Assembly (NCBI GenBank): GCA_947488215.1
Contig: CANLBD010000002.1
Location: forward strand, 1 to 49,523
From: Myxococcales bacterium
Lineage (GTDB): Bacteria > Myxococcota_A > Bradymonadia > UBA7976 > UBA1532
Length of the DNA stretch: 49,523 nt
Direction: 5' to 3'
Under the pieces are notes generated by a model that searched no databases, was not told where the DNA came from, and saw only the letters and a program-made list of their open reading frames with translations. How positions within the stretch are numbered: the stretch's first letter is position 1; the number at the start of each line of letters is the position of its first letter. A program made the translations under genes and the position numbers. This document shows positions 18,116 through 28,255 of this stretch, one piece after another.

Positions 18116-19603
18116 ATGGACCCCCGCATCGGCGACATCATCCTGTCGAAGTACAAGCTGCTCGGCGTCTTGGGCCGAGGCGGCATGGGGGTCGTGTACG
18201 AAGCCGAGGACCTGAGGCTGGGGCGTCACGTCGCCATCAAAGTCTTGGGCGGGCGCATGCGCGGCAAGGACCGCGCAGACGAGCGATTCCTCCTTGAGGC
18301 GCGCGCGATCGGGACGCTGATGCACCCGCATCTGGTCACGCTGCTCGACTATGACCTGCTTGAGGACGGCCAGCCGGCGATGGTCATGGAGCGTGTGCAC
18401 GGCGTGAGCCTCAAGGCGCTCATGGCGACCCGCACGTTCTCTCCGAACGAGGTCATGATCGTCTTGCACCAGACGCTGCAGGCGCTCCAAGCGTGTCACG
18501 AGCGGGGTATCGTCCATCGCGACCTCAAGCCCGAGAACCTGCTCGTCTCGCCGCAGGGGCCGCAGGGCATCACGATCAAGGTCATCGACTTCGGACTGAC
18601 GAAGCTGCTCGCCGACCAAGGCGCGGCGTCGCTCACCGTGAACGGCCAAGTCTTCGGGAGCCCGCGGTTCATGGCGCCGGAGCAGTGGCTCCGCAAAGAC
18701 GTCGACGGGCGAACGGACCTCTACGCGCTCGGCCTGATCGGCTACTGCTTAGTGCGCGGTGAACACTTCATCACCGCGCAAAACCCGTTCGAGATCTGCC
18801 GGGCGCACCTGACGCAGGCGCGCCCGAAGCTGACGACGACCGCGAATGGCGTGCGGGTGCCACCCGAGCTGGAGGCCATGCTCATCAAGGCCGCCGACCC
18901 AGACCCGAACCGCCGCTACGCGTCCGCAACAGAGATGCTCGAGGCGCTCGAGGCCTACTTCGGGAGCCTTCGTGGTCCGCTGCGCGCGACGCAAGAGATC
19001 CCCGCTGTGGTCGACATTCGCGCGTCGAGCGACAACTTCATGCCGTTCGACGCCGCCGCGATGGCCAAGAATGTCGAAGATTCGCTCTCGATCGACACTT
19101 CGGCGCAGACCGCGCACGACAGCGTCAGCGAGCACGATGACGACTACGGCGACGGGATGGCGCAGACGTCGATCATCGACGACTTCGAAGAGGACGAGCC
19201 AACGCGCCTCGACCGTGCGGGGCCGGTGGTGGCGTCTGCCTCACCTCGGCCTCAGTTTGCGGCCCCCGCAGCCTTGGGTACAGCGATCACGCGCGGCGAC
19301 GTGGAGCGGGCGCTCGGGGACGCCGCTCTGGGCGAAGTCGCACCGACGCCCATGACCTCTGCGCCCAGCGGCATGGTCAACGCAGTGGACGTGCGCGCTG
19401 CGCTGGACGCCGCGCCGCCGCCTGCGCCGCCTGCTGCGAAGCCAAGCGTGGCCCGAGAGCGCCCGACCGTTCAGGTGAGCGCGCTCAACGCACCGCCCGC
19501 GCCGCGCGCGCTCCCGCTCGGGCTCCCGGTCTGGATGTGGCTCGTCGGGTCTGTGCTGGTGGCTGTGGTCATCGGCGCGGTCCTCGCGCGCTTCGTCGCC
19601 TGA
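18116..19603 (+). CDS. Ser/Thr protein kinase with a C-terminal TM helix
   Basis: LGRGGMGVVY, VAIKVL, HRDLKPEN, DFGLTK, GSPRFMAPEQ and DLYALG; C-terminal hydrophobic WMWLVGSVLVAVVIGAVL. Confidence 0.92.
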   Translation: MDPRIGDIILSKYKLLGVLGRGGMGVVYEAEDLRLGRHVAIKVLGGRMRGKDRADERFLLEARAIGTLMHPHLVTLLDYDLLEDGQPAMVMERVHGVSLKALMATRTFSPNEVMIVLHQTLQALQACHERGIVHRDLKPENLLVSPQGPQGITIKVIDFGLTKLLADQGAASLTVNGQVFGSPRFMAPEQWLRKDVDGRTDLYALGLIGYCLVRGEHFITAQNPFEICRAHLTQARPKLTTTANGVRVPPELEAMLIKAADPDPNRRYASATEMLEALEAYFGSLRGPLRATQEIPAVVDIRASSDNFMPFDAAAMAKNVEDSLSIDTSAQTAHDSVSEHDDDYGDGMAQTSIIDDFEEDEPTRLDRAGPVVASASPRPQFAAPAALGTAITRGDVERALGDAALGEVAPTPMTSAPSGMVNAVDVRAALDAAPPPAPPAAKPSVARERPTVQVSALNAPPAPRALPLGLPVWMWLVGSVLVAVVIGAVLARFVA

Positions 19604-19613
19604 GTCGCATCGG

Positions 19614-20591
19614 GTGAGCGCGCCGCTCGCGCGCGGTGCGACGCGCTTCGCCCCGACCCCCACGGGGCGCCTGCACGTCGGCAACGCCCGCACCGCACTC
19701 CTGAGCTGGCTGTGGGGCCGGTCGCTCGGACTCCGCAACGTCCTGCGTGTTGAGGACCTCGACCCCGCCGCGATCCCCGCAGGCTGCCTCGAGGGGCAAT
19801 ACGCCGACCTTGCGTGGCTCGGCTTGGTCTGGGACGAAGGCCCACGCGAAGGCGGCCCATTCGGCCCATACCGCCAATCCGCGCGCGGCGACCGCTATGA
19901 CGCCGCGCTCGCCGCGCTCGACGCGCTCGGCCTGCTCTACCCATGCTACTGCAGCCGCCGCGAGGTCGCGCAGGCCACGCGCGCCCCGCACGCATCGGAC
20001 GAGGGGCCGGTCTACCCGGGCACGTGCCGCCCGACGCTTGGCGCAGTGCTGGGCGACCTGAGCGCTGTCCCGACGCGGGCTGGGCGCCCCGCCGCCCTGC
20101 GCCTCGACGTCGCGCGGGCGCTGGCCTATCTCGGCTGGTCAAGCGTCGTCTTCGACGACCGCGTGGCGGGCCCGCAAGCCTTCGACGTCGTCGAGACCAT
20201 GGGTGACTTCGTGGTGCGTCGCTCGGATGGCGTCGCGGCCTACCAGACCGCGTGCGCGTGGGACGACGCCGAGATGGCCTGCACGCACGTCCTGCGCGGC
20301 GACGACCTGCTCGCGTCGGCGGCGCGCCAAGCCCTGCTGCTCGCGCTGTGGGGTGGCCCGCGCCCCGTCTACGCGCACGTCGGGCTCGTCGTCACGCCCT
20401 CGGGAGAGCGGCTCGCCAAGCGTGACAATGCGGTCACGATCGAGGTCGACCGCTTGGCGGGGCGTCCGCCACACGCGCTGCTCGCGCGCCTTGCAGCCAC
20501 ATGCGGTCTGCCCGCGAGCCACGACCTCGACACACTCGCGGCCGCGCTCACGGTGGGACCGGCGCTCGCTCAGCCCGCGGTGTGGGGCTGA
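19614..20591 (+). CDS. gluQ: Glutamyl-Q tRNA(Asp) synthetase
   Basis: RFAPTPTGRLHVGN, LRVEDLD, zinc site CYC...Y..TC, RGDDLL and RLAKR; 325 aa with no anticodon-binding domain. Confidence 0.88.
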   Translation: MSAPLARGATRFAPTPTGRLHVGNARTALLSWLWGRSLGLRNVLRVEDLDPAAIPAGCLEGQYADLAWLGLVWDEGPREGGPFGPYRQSARGDRYDAALAALDALGLLYPCYCSRREVAQATRAPHASDEGPVYPGTCRPTLGAVLGDLSAVPTRAGRPAALRLDVARALAYLGWSSVVFDDRVAGPQAFDVVETMGDFVVRRSDGVAAYQTACAWDDAEMACTHVLRGDDLLASAARQALLLALWGGPRPVYAHVGLVVTPSGERLAKRDNAVTIEVDRLAGRPPHALLARLAATCGLPASHDLDTLAAALTVGPALAQPAVWG

Positions 20592-20603
20592 GCGCGCAGG
20601 ACC

Positions 20604-21200
20604 TCAGCCCTTCAGGTTCGCGTTCGCGAAGTCCCAGTTGGCCAGGTGGTCAAAGAACGCCTGCACGAAGTCCGGGCGGCGGTTCTGGTAGTCGAGGTAG
20701 TAGGCGTGCTCCCAGACGTCGACCGTCAGGATCGCCTTCTGACCCGCCTCGGTCAGCGGGGTGCCCGCGCCCGAGGTGTTCACGATCTCGAGCTTGCCGT
20801 CCTTCTGCACGAGCCACGTCCAGCCGCTGCCGAAGTTGCTCGCCGCCGCGGCCTTGAACTTGTCGACGAAGGTCTTGAAGTCGCCGAACGCGGCGTTGAT
20901 GGCGTCCCCGATGGCGCCGCTCGGGGCGCCGCCGCCCGCCGGCTTCATGCTGTGCCAGAAGAACGTGTGGTTCCAGATCTGGGCGGACTGGTTGAACAGG
21001 CCGTTGTTGCCGCTGGCCTTGGCCGCGCGGATGACGTCGTCGAGCGACTTGTCGGCCAGGTCCGTGCCGGCGATGAGCTCGTTCGTCTTGTTGATATAGG
21101 CGAGGTGGTGCTTGCCATGGTGGAACGACAGCGTCTTCGCCGAGTAGTGGGGCTCGAGCGCGTCGCTCGCGTAGGGGAGGGCGGGGAGTTCGAAAGCCAT
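20604..21200 (-). CDS. sodB: Superoxide dismutase [Fe]
   Basis: MAFELPALPY, HHGKHH, Fe-type FNQSAQIWNH and FGSGW, DVWEHAYY; AGGAG RBS. Confidence 0.95.
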   Translation of the reverse strand: MAFELPALPYASDALEPHYSAKTLSFHHGKHHLAYINKTNELIAGTDLADKSLDDVIRAAKASGNNGLFNQSAQIWNHTFFWHSMKPAGGGAPSGAIGDAINAAFGDFKTFVDKFKAAAASNFGSGWTWLVQKDGKLEIVNTSGAGTPLTEAGQKAILTVDVWEHAYYLDYQNRRPDFVQAFFDHLANWDFANANLKG

Positions 21201-21268
21201 GAGTGTTCTCCTGTTTTCAGGGGGCCAAAGAGATAGCACGCCGAGCGGCGTGTGCCATACTGAGGACT

Positions 21269-21733
21269 ATGGAATTCCTCCGAACGTTTCACGGCCACAA
21301 TAAGTGGCTCGTCCTCCTGGCGCTCGTCGTGGCGCTCCTCGTTCAGACCCGCGCCGCTCTCGGCGGTCGAGACTACGGCAAGCTCGAGCGAGCGACCTTC
21401 GCGGCCGGCGCCGGCCTGCTCGGCGTGCAGCTCGTCATGGGGCTCGTCTTGCTGACGCAGTACGGCCTCTCGCTGCCGCACGTCGTCGAGCACGCGACGA
21501 CAATGACGCTCGCGTTCATCGTGGCGCACGTCCCGTACCGCTACAAGCAGCGGCCGGGCCCAGACCGCGCGCGCATCGGCGCGCTCTGCCTCGGTGCGGC
21601 GCTGGTGCTCATCATCGTCGGCATCGCGCGCCTACCGTACCCGTTCTTCGGCGGCTCGAAGAAGGCCGCTGCGGCGCAGGTCGAGGCGCCGGCGTCGACA
21701 GCGCCCGAGAGCGCGCCGGCGTCAACGCCCTAA
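21269..21733 (+). CDS. Small integral membrane protein (about 4 TM)
   Basis: GAGGA RBS; four hydrophobic segments; His residues in helices (HGHNKWLV, EHATTM, VAHV). Confidence 0.75.
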   Translation: MEFLRTFHGHNKWLVLLALVVALLVQTRAALGGRDYGKLERATFAAGAGLLGVQLVMGLVLLTQYGLSLPHVVEHATTMTLAFIVAHVPYRYKQRPGPDRARIGALCLGAALVLIIVGIARLPYPFFGGSKKAAAAQVEAPASTAPESAPASTP

Positions 21734-21740
21734 CGACCGC

Positions 21741-23189
21741 TCAGGCCGCCTTGGCCTGGTTCTCGTCGTCGGACCGGGGCGCAGAGAACTCTTGCGCGGC
21801 GGTCACGGCCCACAGGGCGAAGACGATAAGCACAGTGACGAAGCTCAGCACGAGCGCGAGCTTCATGAGCCCGACGCTCACAAGCACCATGAGCGCGAGC
21901 GCGTAGAAGTCGCGGCGCCCAACGAACTCGAGCTTGTCGCAGAAGGTCGAGAACAGGCTCTTCGGGCCCTGCTTCTGGAACGACCACTCGATGGCGAGGT
22001 GTGTGCCTTTGCCCGTGGCCAAGAGCTTGCGGTAGAGCATCGCGGCCACGAACCAGCCAACGACGAAGCAGGCGACGCCCATCGTGAGCCAAATCTTCTC
22101 GCCGCTGAAGCGGTACGCCGCGATGCCGAGCGCGAGCTGGTAGCTCAGGTTCGTCACGTCGTCCGAGATGGTGTCGAACCACTCGCCGCTCGCGCTGTGC
22201 TTGAACTTCAGCCGCGCGATCTCGCCGTCGCAGCCGTCGATCATCGACGACAGCTGGTAGAGCACCGCGCCCACGACCAGCATCCACGCGGCCGTGGGCG
22301 TCGCGAGCGCGGTCACGACCGCAGACGCGACGCCGAGCAGCAGGCCGACGGCCGTCAGGTGGTTGGGCACGGCGTTCGTGTTCATCAACAGCCGCGTGCA
22401 GAACTTGCTGAAGCGGCGGTTGATATGACGGCTCACCGGGCCGTCCGTCGGCTTCGTGAGCTTCGCGAAGAGCACGCGCTCCGCCTCGACCCGGCTCGGC
22501 AGATCATCCACGTCTTGCCACCAGGCCGCGCCGACATCCGCCACGCGCGCCTTGCCGTCGCGCGCGAGCGCCTGCACGCCGTCCGAGAGCGAGGCGTCGC
22601 CCTGCGCGCTGAAGACGGCGTCGAGCGCGTCGAAGAGCGCCGTATCGCAGCGGAACACACCCGTGTCCACGGCGTCGAAGTCCGTGAGCTGCTTGCCGAT
22701 CGACGCGATCTGGTCGCGCTCGCCGACGCGCACCTTCGTGGCGTCGTCCATGTCGAAGATCGTGTTGAGCTTGCGGTCGACGGCGAGCACGAGGCCGCCG
22801 CGCGCCGAGACGCCCTGAAGCGTCTGCCATACGCCCTTCTCGACGATGTGGTCGGCCATCGTCAGGAAGAACTCGCCCCGCACGTGCGGACGGGCGCGGA
22901 GAACGCTCACGCCGTTCTTGAGCGTGTAGTCGTCGTTCTGCACCCACACGATCTCAAGGCCCGCGAGGTCCTCGTCGCCGTCGAGCGCGGCGCGCACCTG
23001 CTCGCCGAGACAGCCGACGACGATGACGAAGCGCTTCACGCCCGCGCTCTTCGCGGTCAGGATGCCGCGCTTGAGCAGCGTGAGGCCGCCGACGCGCACA
23101 AGCGGCTTCGGCAGCGGCTGCGCGTCACTCCGGATTCGACTCCCCAGTCCAGCGGCCAGGATGACCGCCTGCTCGACGCGTGCAGACAT
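21741..23189 (-). CDS. Bifunctional NTP-transferase / CDP-alcohol phosphotransferase (IPCT/DIPPS-type)
   Basis: N-terminal AVILAAGLGSRI...PKPL, NGVS, MADH, DDATKV, AVDTG and WQDVDD; C-terminal DGPVSRHINRRFS and DGCDGEIARLKFKHSASGEWFDTISD (DxxDGxxAR...G...D...D) with TM helices. Confidence 0.9.
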   Translation of the reverse strand: MSARVEQAVILAAGLGSRIRSDAQPLPKPLVRVGGLTLLKRGILTAKSAGVKRFVIVVGCLGEQVRAALDGDEDLAGLEIVWVQNDDYTLKNGVSVLRARPHVRGEFFLTMADHIVEKGVWQTLQGVSARGGLVLAVDRKLNTIFDMDDATKVRVGERDQIASIGKQLTDFDAVDTGVFRCDTALFDALDAVFSAQGDASLSDGVQALARDGKARVADVGAAWWQDVDDLPSRVEAERVLFAKLTKPTDGPVSRHINRRFSKFCTRLLMNTNAVPNHLTAVGLLLGVASAVVTALATPTAAWMLVVGAVLYQLSSMIDGCDGEIARLKFKHSASGEWFDTISDDVTNLSYQLALGIAAYRFSGEKIWLTMGVACFVVGWFVAAMLYRKLLATGKGTHLAIEWSFQKQGPKSLFSTFCDKLEFVGRRDFYALALMVLVSVGLMKLALVLSFVTVLIVFALWAVTAAQEFSAPRSDDENQAKAA

Positions 23190-23191
23190 GG

Positions 23192-24532
<1,341 letters not shown>

Positions 24533-24567
24533 TGCGGTGTCCTCATGCGGTCTTTGAGCCCCAAACC

Positions 24568-24583
24568 AGCACGATCCGTGCCA
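24568..24583 (-). promoter_or_regulatory. Putative sigma54 (-24/-12) promoter of the ino1 operon
   Basis: The minus strand reads TGGCACGGATCGTGCT versus consensus TGGCACG-N4-TTGC. The GG and GC dinucleotides are at the exact spacing, 35 nt upstream of the start. Confidence 0.55.
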
Positions 24584-24676
24584 GTCGATTTGACGGGTTG
24601 CGGCGAGGAGAGTGGCCGGCGCAGACTCCACTCACCGGGGACTTCGCCCGGCGGCCGTGGCAGAGGAGCTCAGCGC

Positions 24677-25744
24677 GTGCGGCGCATCGTGCACGTCGAT
24701 ATGGACGCCTTCTACGCCTCGGTAGAGCAGCGCGACGCGCCGTCGCTCCGAGGTCGCCCCGTCGCGGTGGGCGGCTCACCCGACGGTCGGGGCGTCGTCG
24801 CCGCAGCGTCCTACGAGGCCCGAGCCTTCGGGGTGCGCTCCGCCATGCCCTGCGCGCGGGCGCGCCGCCTGTGTCCGGACCTGGTCTTCGTTCGACCCGA
24901 CTTCGAGAAGTACAGCGCTGTGAGCCGACAGATCCACGGCGTCTTCCGCGAGGTGACCGACCTTGTCGAGCCGCTCGCGCTCGACGAGGCCTTTCTCGAT
25001 GTCTCGGTCAACAAGCGCGGTGAGCCGCTGGCGGGTCGCGTCGCGCAGTACGTCAAGGCCAGGATTCGAGAGGTCACGGGGCTCGCCGCCTCGGCAGGCG
25101 TTGGCCCCAACAAGCTCGTCGCCAAGCTCGCGAGCGCGCACGACAAGCCCGACGGCCTGTGCATCGTGCCGCCGGATCGCGTACTGGCGTTCCTCGCGCC
25201 GTTGCCGGTCGACCGCATGTGGGGCGTTGGCCCGGTGACCGCCGCGCGACTTGAGGCCGCTGGGCTGAACACCGTGGCCGACCTGCGCGCTCAAACCCCA
25301 GCGGCGCTCTCGCTGCTCGTCGGTCGCTGGGGGGAGACCTTGTGGCGACAAGCGCATGGCGACGACGACCGCCCCGTCGTGACCTACCGCGAGCCGCGCA
25401 GTCGCGGCGCGGAGACGACGCTTGAGCGGGACACACGCGCACTCGAGATCCTAGGGCCGCTCATCGTTGAGCAGGCGAGCGAGGTGGCCGACGCGCTCAC
25501 CCGCAACGCTCGTCGAGCCCGCACCATCACCCTCAAGATTCGCTTCAGCGACTTCGTGACGCGCACCCGCGCGAGGAGCCTCTCAGAGCCCGTGGGCGAG
25601 GCCGCCGTACTCGCCAGCGTGGGGGAGGCGCTCCTGCGTGAGGTCCTCGACAGCGACCCTCGGGACGTGCGCCTCATCGGTTTGCAGGCGTCTCAGCTCG
25701 TCGACCCGAGCACCGACCGCCAGCTCGCCTTCGACTTTCCGTGA
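24677..25744 (+). CDS. dinB: DNA polymerase IV
   Basis: HVDMDAFYASVEQ, ASYEARAFGVRSAM, LDEAFLD, NKLVAKLAS..DKPDG, WGVG and TLKIRFSDF; GAGGAG RBS before GTG 24677. Confidence 0.95.
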   Translation: MRRIVHVDMDAFYASVEQRDAPSLRGRPVAVGGSPDGRGVVAAASYEARAFGVRSAMPCARARRLCPDLVFVRPDFEKYSAVSRQIHGVFREVTDLVEPLALDEAFLDVSVNKRGEPLAGRVAQYVKARIREVTGLAASAGVGPNKLVAKLASAHDKPDGLCIVPPDRVLAFLAPLPVDRMWGVGPVTAARLEAAGLNTVADLRAQTPAALSLLVGRWGETLWRQAHGDDDRPVVTYREPRSRGAETTLERDTRALEILGPLIVEQASEVADALTRNARRARTITLKIRFSDFVTRTRARSLSEPVGEAAVLASVGEALLREVLDSDPRDVRLIGLQASQLVDPSTDRQLAFDFP

Positions 25745-25755
25745 GAGGAGTGCAC

Positions 25756-27009
25756 ATGGAGCGCACCGGTCACTTCGTCCGCTGGCGCTGGATCGTGTTC
25801 TGGACGCTCTTGGTGGGCTACGTCGCCTACTACCTGTGTCGAGTGAACCTCTCCGCGTCGAGCGAACTGGTCATGCGCGAGCTCGGGATCGACCGCGAGG
25901 CGTTCGGGCTCGTGAGCGCTGCGTCGACATGGGCCTACGCAGTCGGCAAGTTCTCCCACGGCTTCTTGGCCGACCGCTACGGCGGGCGCGCGATGTTCTT
26001 GCTGGGCATCTTCGGGGCGGCCGTCTTCTCCGGCGCCTGCGGCGTCTTCGGCAGCTTAGGCGCGCTGGTCACGCTCTGGTCGCTCAACCGCTTCGCGCAA
26101 GCGGGCGGATGGGTCGGCACGGTGCAGGTCGCCGCTCAATGGTACCGCCGCGACGAGGTCGGCACCGCGATGTCGATGATCAGCCTGAGCTACCTGGTCG
26201 GGGACGTCGCAGGTCGCGGGCTCGCAGCGACGCTGGTCGCGCAGGGCGGCGGGCTCTCCACGGTCTTCTTGGTGCCCGCCTCCATCACCCTCGTGCTCGC
26301 GCTCGTCTCGGTCTTCACCCTCAAGGCGTCCCCGAGCCGCATCGGCGAGCCGGAGCTCAACGTGGCCGAGGCGGGCGAAGCGCGGGACGAGCGCGGCTTC
26401 GGCTGGGCTGACCTGCGCGCCCTGCTGTCCAGCCGCGGCTTCGGAGTGCTCTGCATACTCAGTGTCTTGCTCACCGCCATCCGTCTCGCTTTCCAAGACT
26501 GGTCGGCCGCCTACTTCACGCATCTGGGCGTCGACCTCGCGGGCTCGATGTGGGACTCCGCCATCTTTCCGACCGCGGGGGCCGTCGCGACGATCTTGGC
26601 CGGCGTGGTGAGCGACCGCGTCCATGCAGGCCAGCGCGCGCCTATCTGTATGATGTTACTTGGGATTCTTGCGTGTGGCTTGGTCGCGTTCGCCGTCGTC
26701 GACGACATGACACCGACCACGGCGCGCTGGCTGATGGGGGTGTGTGGCTTCGGGCTCTTAGGGCCTTACAGCCTGCTCGGCGGTGCCGGCAGTATCGATG
26801 TCGGCGGCCGTCGCGCTGCGGCGGTCGCGGCTGGCCTCGTCGACGGCATCGGCTACCTTCTCGGGCCATTGTTTGGCAGCTTGGGTGTCGCTTCGCTCAT
26901 TCAGCGCGTCGGCTGGCAGGCCGCGTTTACCGCCTTGAGCGCGGCCGCAGGCGTGAGCGTCATCGCCGCGTGGTTCTTCTTGAAGGCGACCCGAAGGCCT
27001 GCGCGCTAG
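25756..27009 (+). CDS. MFS transporter, GlpT/UhpC (organophosphate:Pi antiporter)-like
   Basis: GYVAYYLCRVNLS, YAVGKF..GFLADR, QAGGW, W..RDE.GT and AAGLVDGIGYL; about 12 TM; GAGGAG RBS. Confidence 0.85.
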   Translation: MERTGHFVRWRWIVFWTLLVGYVAYYLCRVNLSASSELVMRELGIDREAFGLVSAASTWAYAVGKFSHGFLADRYGGRAMFLLGIFGAAVFSGACGVFGSLGALVTLWSLNRFAQAGGWVGTVQVAAQWYRRDEVGTAMSMISLSYLVGDVAGRGLAATLVAQGGGLSTVFLVPASITLVLALVSVFTLKASPSRIGEPELNVAEAGEARDERGFGWADLRALLSSRGFGVLCILSVLLTAIRLAFQDWSAAYFTHLGVDLAGSMWDSAIFPTAGAVATILAGVVSDRVHAGQRAPICMMLLGILACGLVAFAVVDDMTPTTARWLMGVCGFGLLGPYSLLGGAGSIDVGGRRAAAVAAGLVDGIGYLLGPLFGSLGVASLIQRVGWQAAFTALSAAAGVSVIAAWFFLKATRRPAR

Positions 27010-27527
27010 CGTTTGCCTCCGTCGCCGTCGCCGTCCGGCGGCCGGCGCTCTCGCGCGCGCTCACGTAGACGCTCGCGCTCTTCGGGCGGCAGGGACCGCC
27101 ACCGCTCGAGATTCTGGAGGAACCGCGCGCGCTTCTCTGGGGGCAGCTCCATCAGGCGGCGCATCAGGCGACGGAGCTGACGGCGCTCCTCGGGTGGCAG
27201 GTCACGAAAGCGTCCGAAGCGCTCTTTCAGCGCACCTCGCTCATGCTTGGGCTTGGCTTGGTAGTCGCGCCAGCGCGCCTTGAGCGCCTCGCGCTCGGGC
27301 TCAGGCAGGGCTTCGAACCGCCGCCAGCGCGCTCGCAAGGCCTCTCGGGTCGCTTCGGGGAGCGCCTCCCAGGTCGCGTCATCGAGCGCGTCGTCCTCGG
27401 CGGGCGCGCTGGCAGCCGCCGGCGCGTCTCGGTCTGCACCGCCGCTGCTCTGGGCGGAGACGTTCACCGGCAGCCAGAGCGCCAGGCCCAGCGCGGCGGA
27501 CAAGGCCCCGAGCTGCCCTCGATTCAT
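27006..27527 (-). CDS. Secreted helical-repeat protein (DUF3106-like)
   Basis: Signal peptide; repeated W/F-x-x-LPPEER units. Confidence 0.75.
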   Translation of the reverse strand: MNRGQLGALSAALGLALWLPVNVSAQSSGGADRDAPAAASAPAEDDALDDATWEALPEATREALRARWRRFEALPEPEREALKARWRDYQAKPKHERGALKERFGRFRDLPPEERRQLRRLMRRLMELPPEKRARFLQNLERWRSLPPEERERLRERARERRPPDGDGDGGKR

Positions 27528-28255
27528 GGCGTCGCCTCAAGCGCGTCGAGGTCTGCGACGAGCTGAAACAGCTCATCGTCCTCGGCCGCTTCGACCACCG
27601 CGGGATCGAGCCGCGCCACGGTTTCGCGGCGCCGGTCGACCACGACGCCCACGGAGGGGCTGAGCGTCTCGATGTGCTCGACAGCGTCGAGGCTCTCGAG
27701 CAGGTCGAGGTGCGCGACAAGCGGCAGCGACTCGGCCGGGGGGACCGCATCCGCGTTCTTGACCGCGTCGAAGGGGGCGCCGACGAGCCAGAGCCCAAAT
27801 AAGCCCGCCGCCGCAAGGCCACCGATGCCGTAGACGCGCCGCATCGTGAACGGTGAAGTGCCCGGCTTCGGCAAGGTTGTGAAGTGGTGCCCCCGCGGCG
27901 GCAGTGCGGGCACTCTGAGCGCCTCGGGCGCGACGGTCCGCAGGCCGCCGTCCTCGACCATCACGCGGCGCAAGAAGAACCGAAAGCGCGTGTCGAAGTC
28001 GGCCGAAGGCGTCGGCTGGTCCCGCGAGAGCAAGGCATCGAGGCCAGGGACTTCGAGCACGGGCGCCGCCGCCTCCTCCGCGTGGACGCGTTCGATCAGG
28101 CGCTGCGCTGTCAGGCGCTCCGCGAAGCGTGTATCGAAGCTCGCCGATGGCGTGGGCGCGTCGAGCGAAAGCAGCCCATCGAGCCGAGCGTTCAGGACCT
28201 CGGGCGGTGGTCGGCGCAGGTCGGCGGTCGACCCGCTGAGCAGCTCATCGATCAC
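27524..28255 (-). CDS. Putative anti-sigma factor (single TM)
   Basis: Lies directly downstream of the ECF sigma with a 4-bp overlap; TM GIGGLAAAGLFGLWLVG; C-terminal HLDLLE.LD motif. Confidence 0.6.
   Translation of the reverse strand: MIDELLSGSTADLRRPPPEVLNARLDGLLSLDAPTPSASFDTRFAERLTAQRLIERVHAEEAAAPVLEVPGLDALLSRDQPTPSADFDTRFRFFLRRVMVEDGGLRTVAPEALRVPALPPRGHHFTTLPKPGTSPFTMRRVYGIGGLAAAGLFGLWLVGAPFDAVKNADAVPPAESLPLVAHLDLLESLDAVEHIETLSPSVGVVVDRRRETVARLDPAVVEAAEDDELFQLVADLDALEATP

Noticed and set aside
19614-20591. Truncated gltX pseudogene
   Set aside because: The length and motifs fit intact GluQ, which naturally lacks the anticodon-binding domain.
21741-23189. IPCT/DIPPS-like gene as proof that the organism is a thermophile
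   Set aside because: The fusion also serves lipid synthesis, and the proteins in the window are Ala/Gly/Pro-rich with no obvious thermophilic composition.
24677-25744. dinB as a sign of a mobile element or mutagenesis cassette; ALDE instead of SIDE as inactivation
   Set aside because: There is no imuA/imuB/dnaE2, integrase or compositional shift, and the catalytic D and DE residues are intact.
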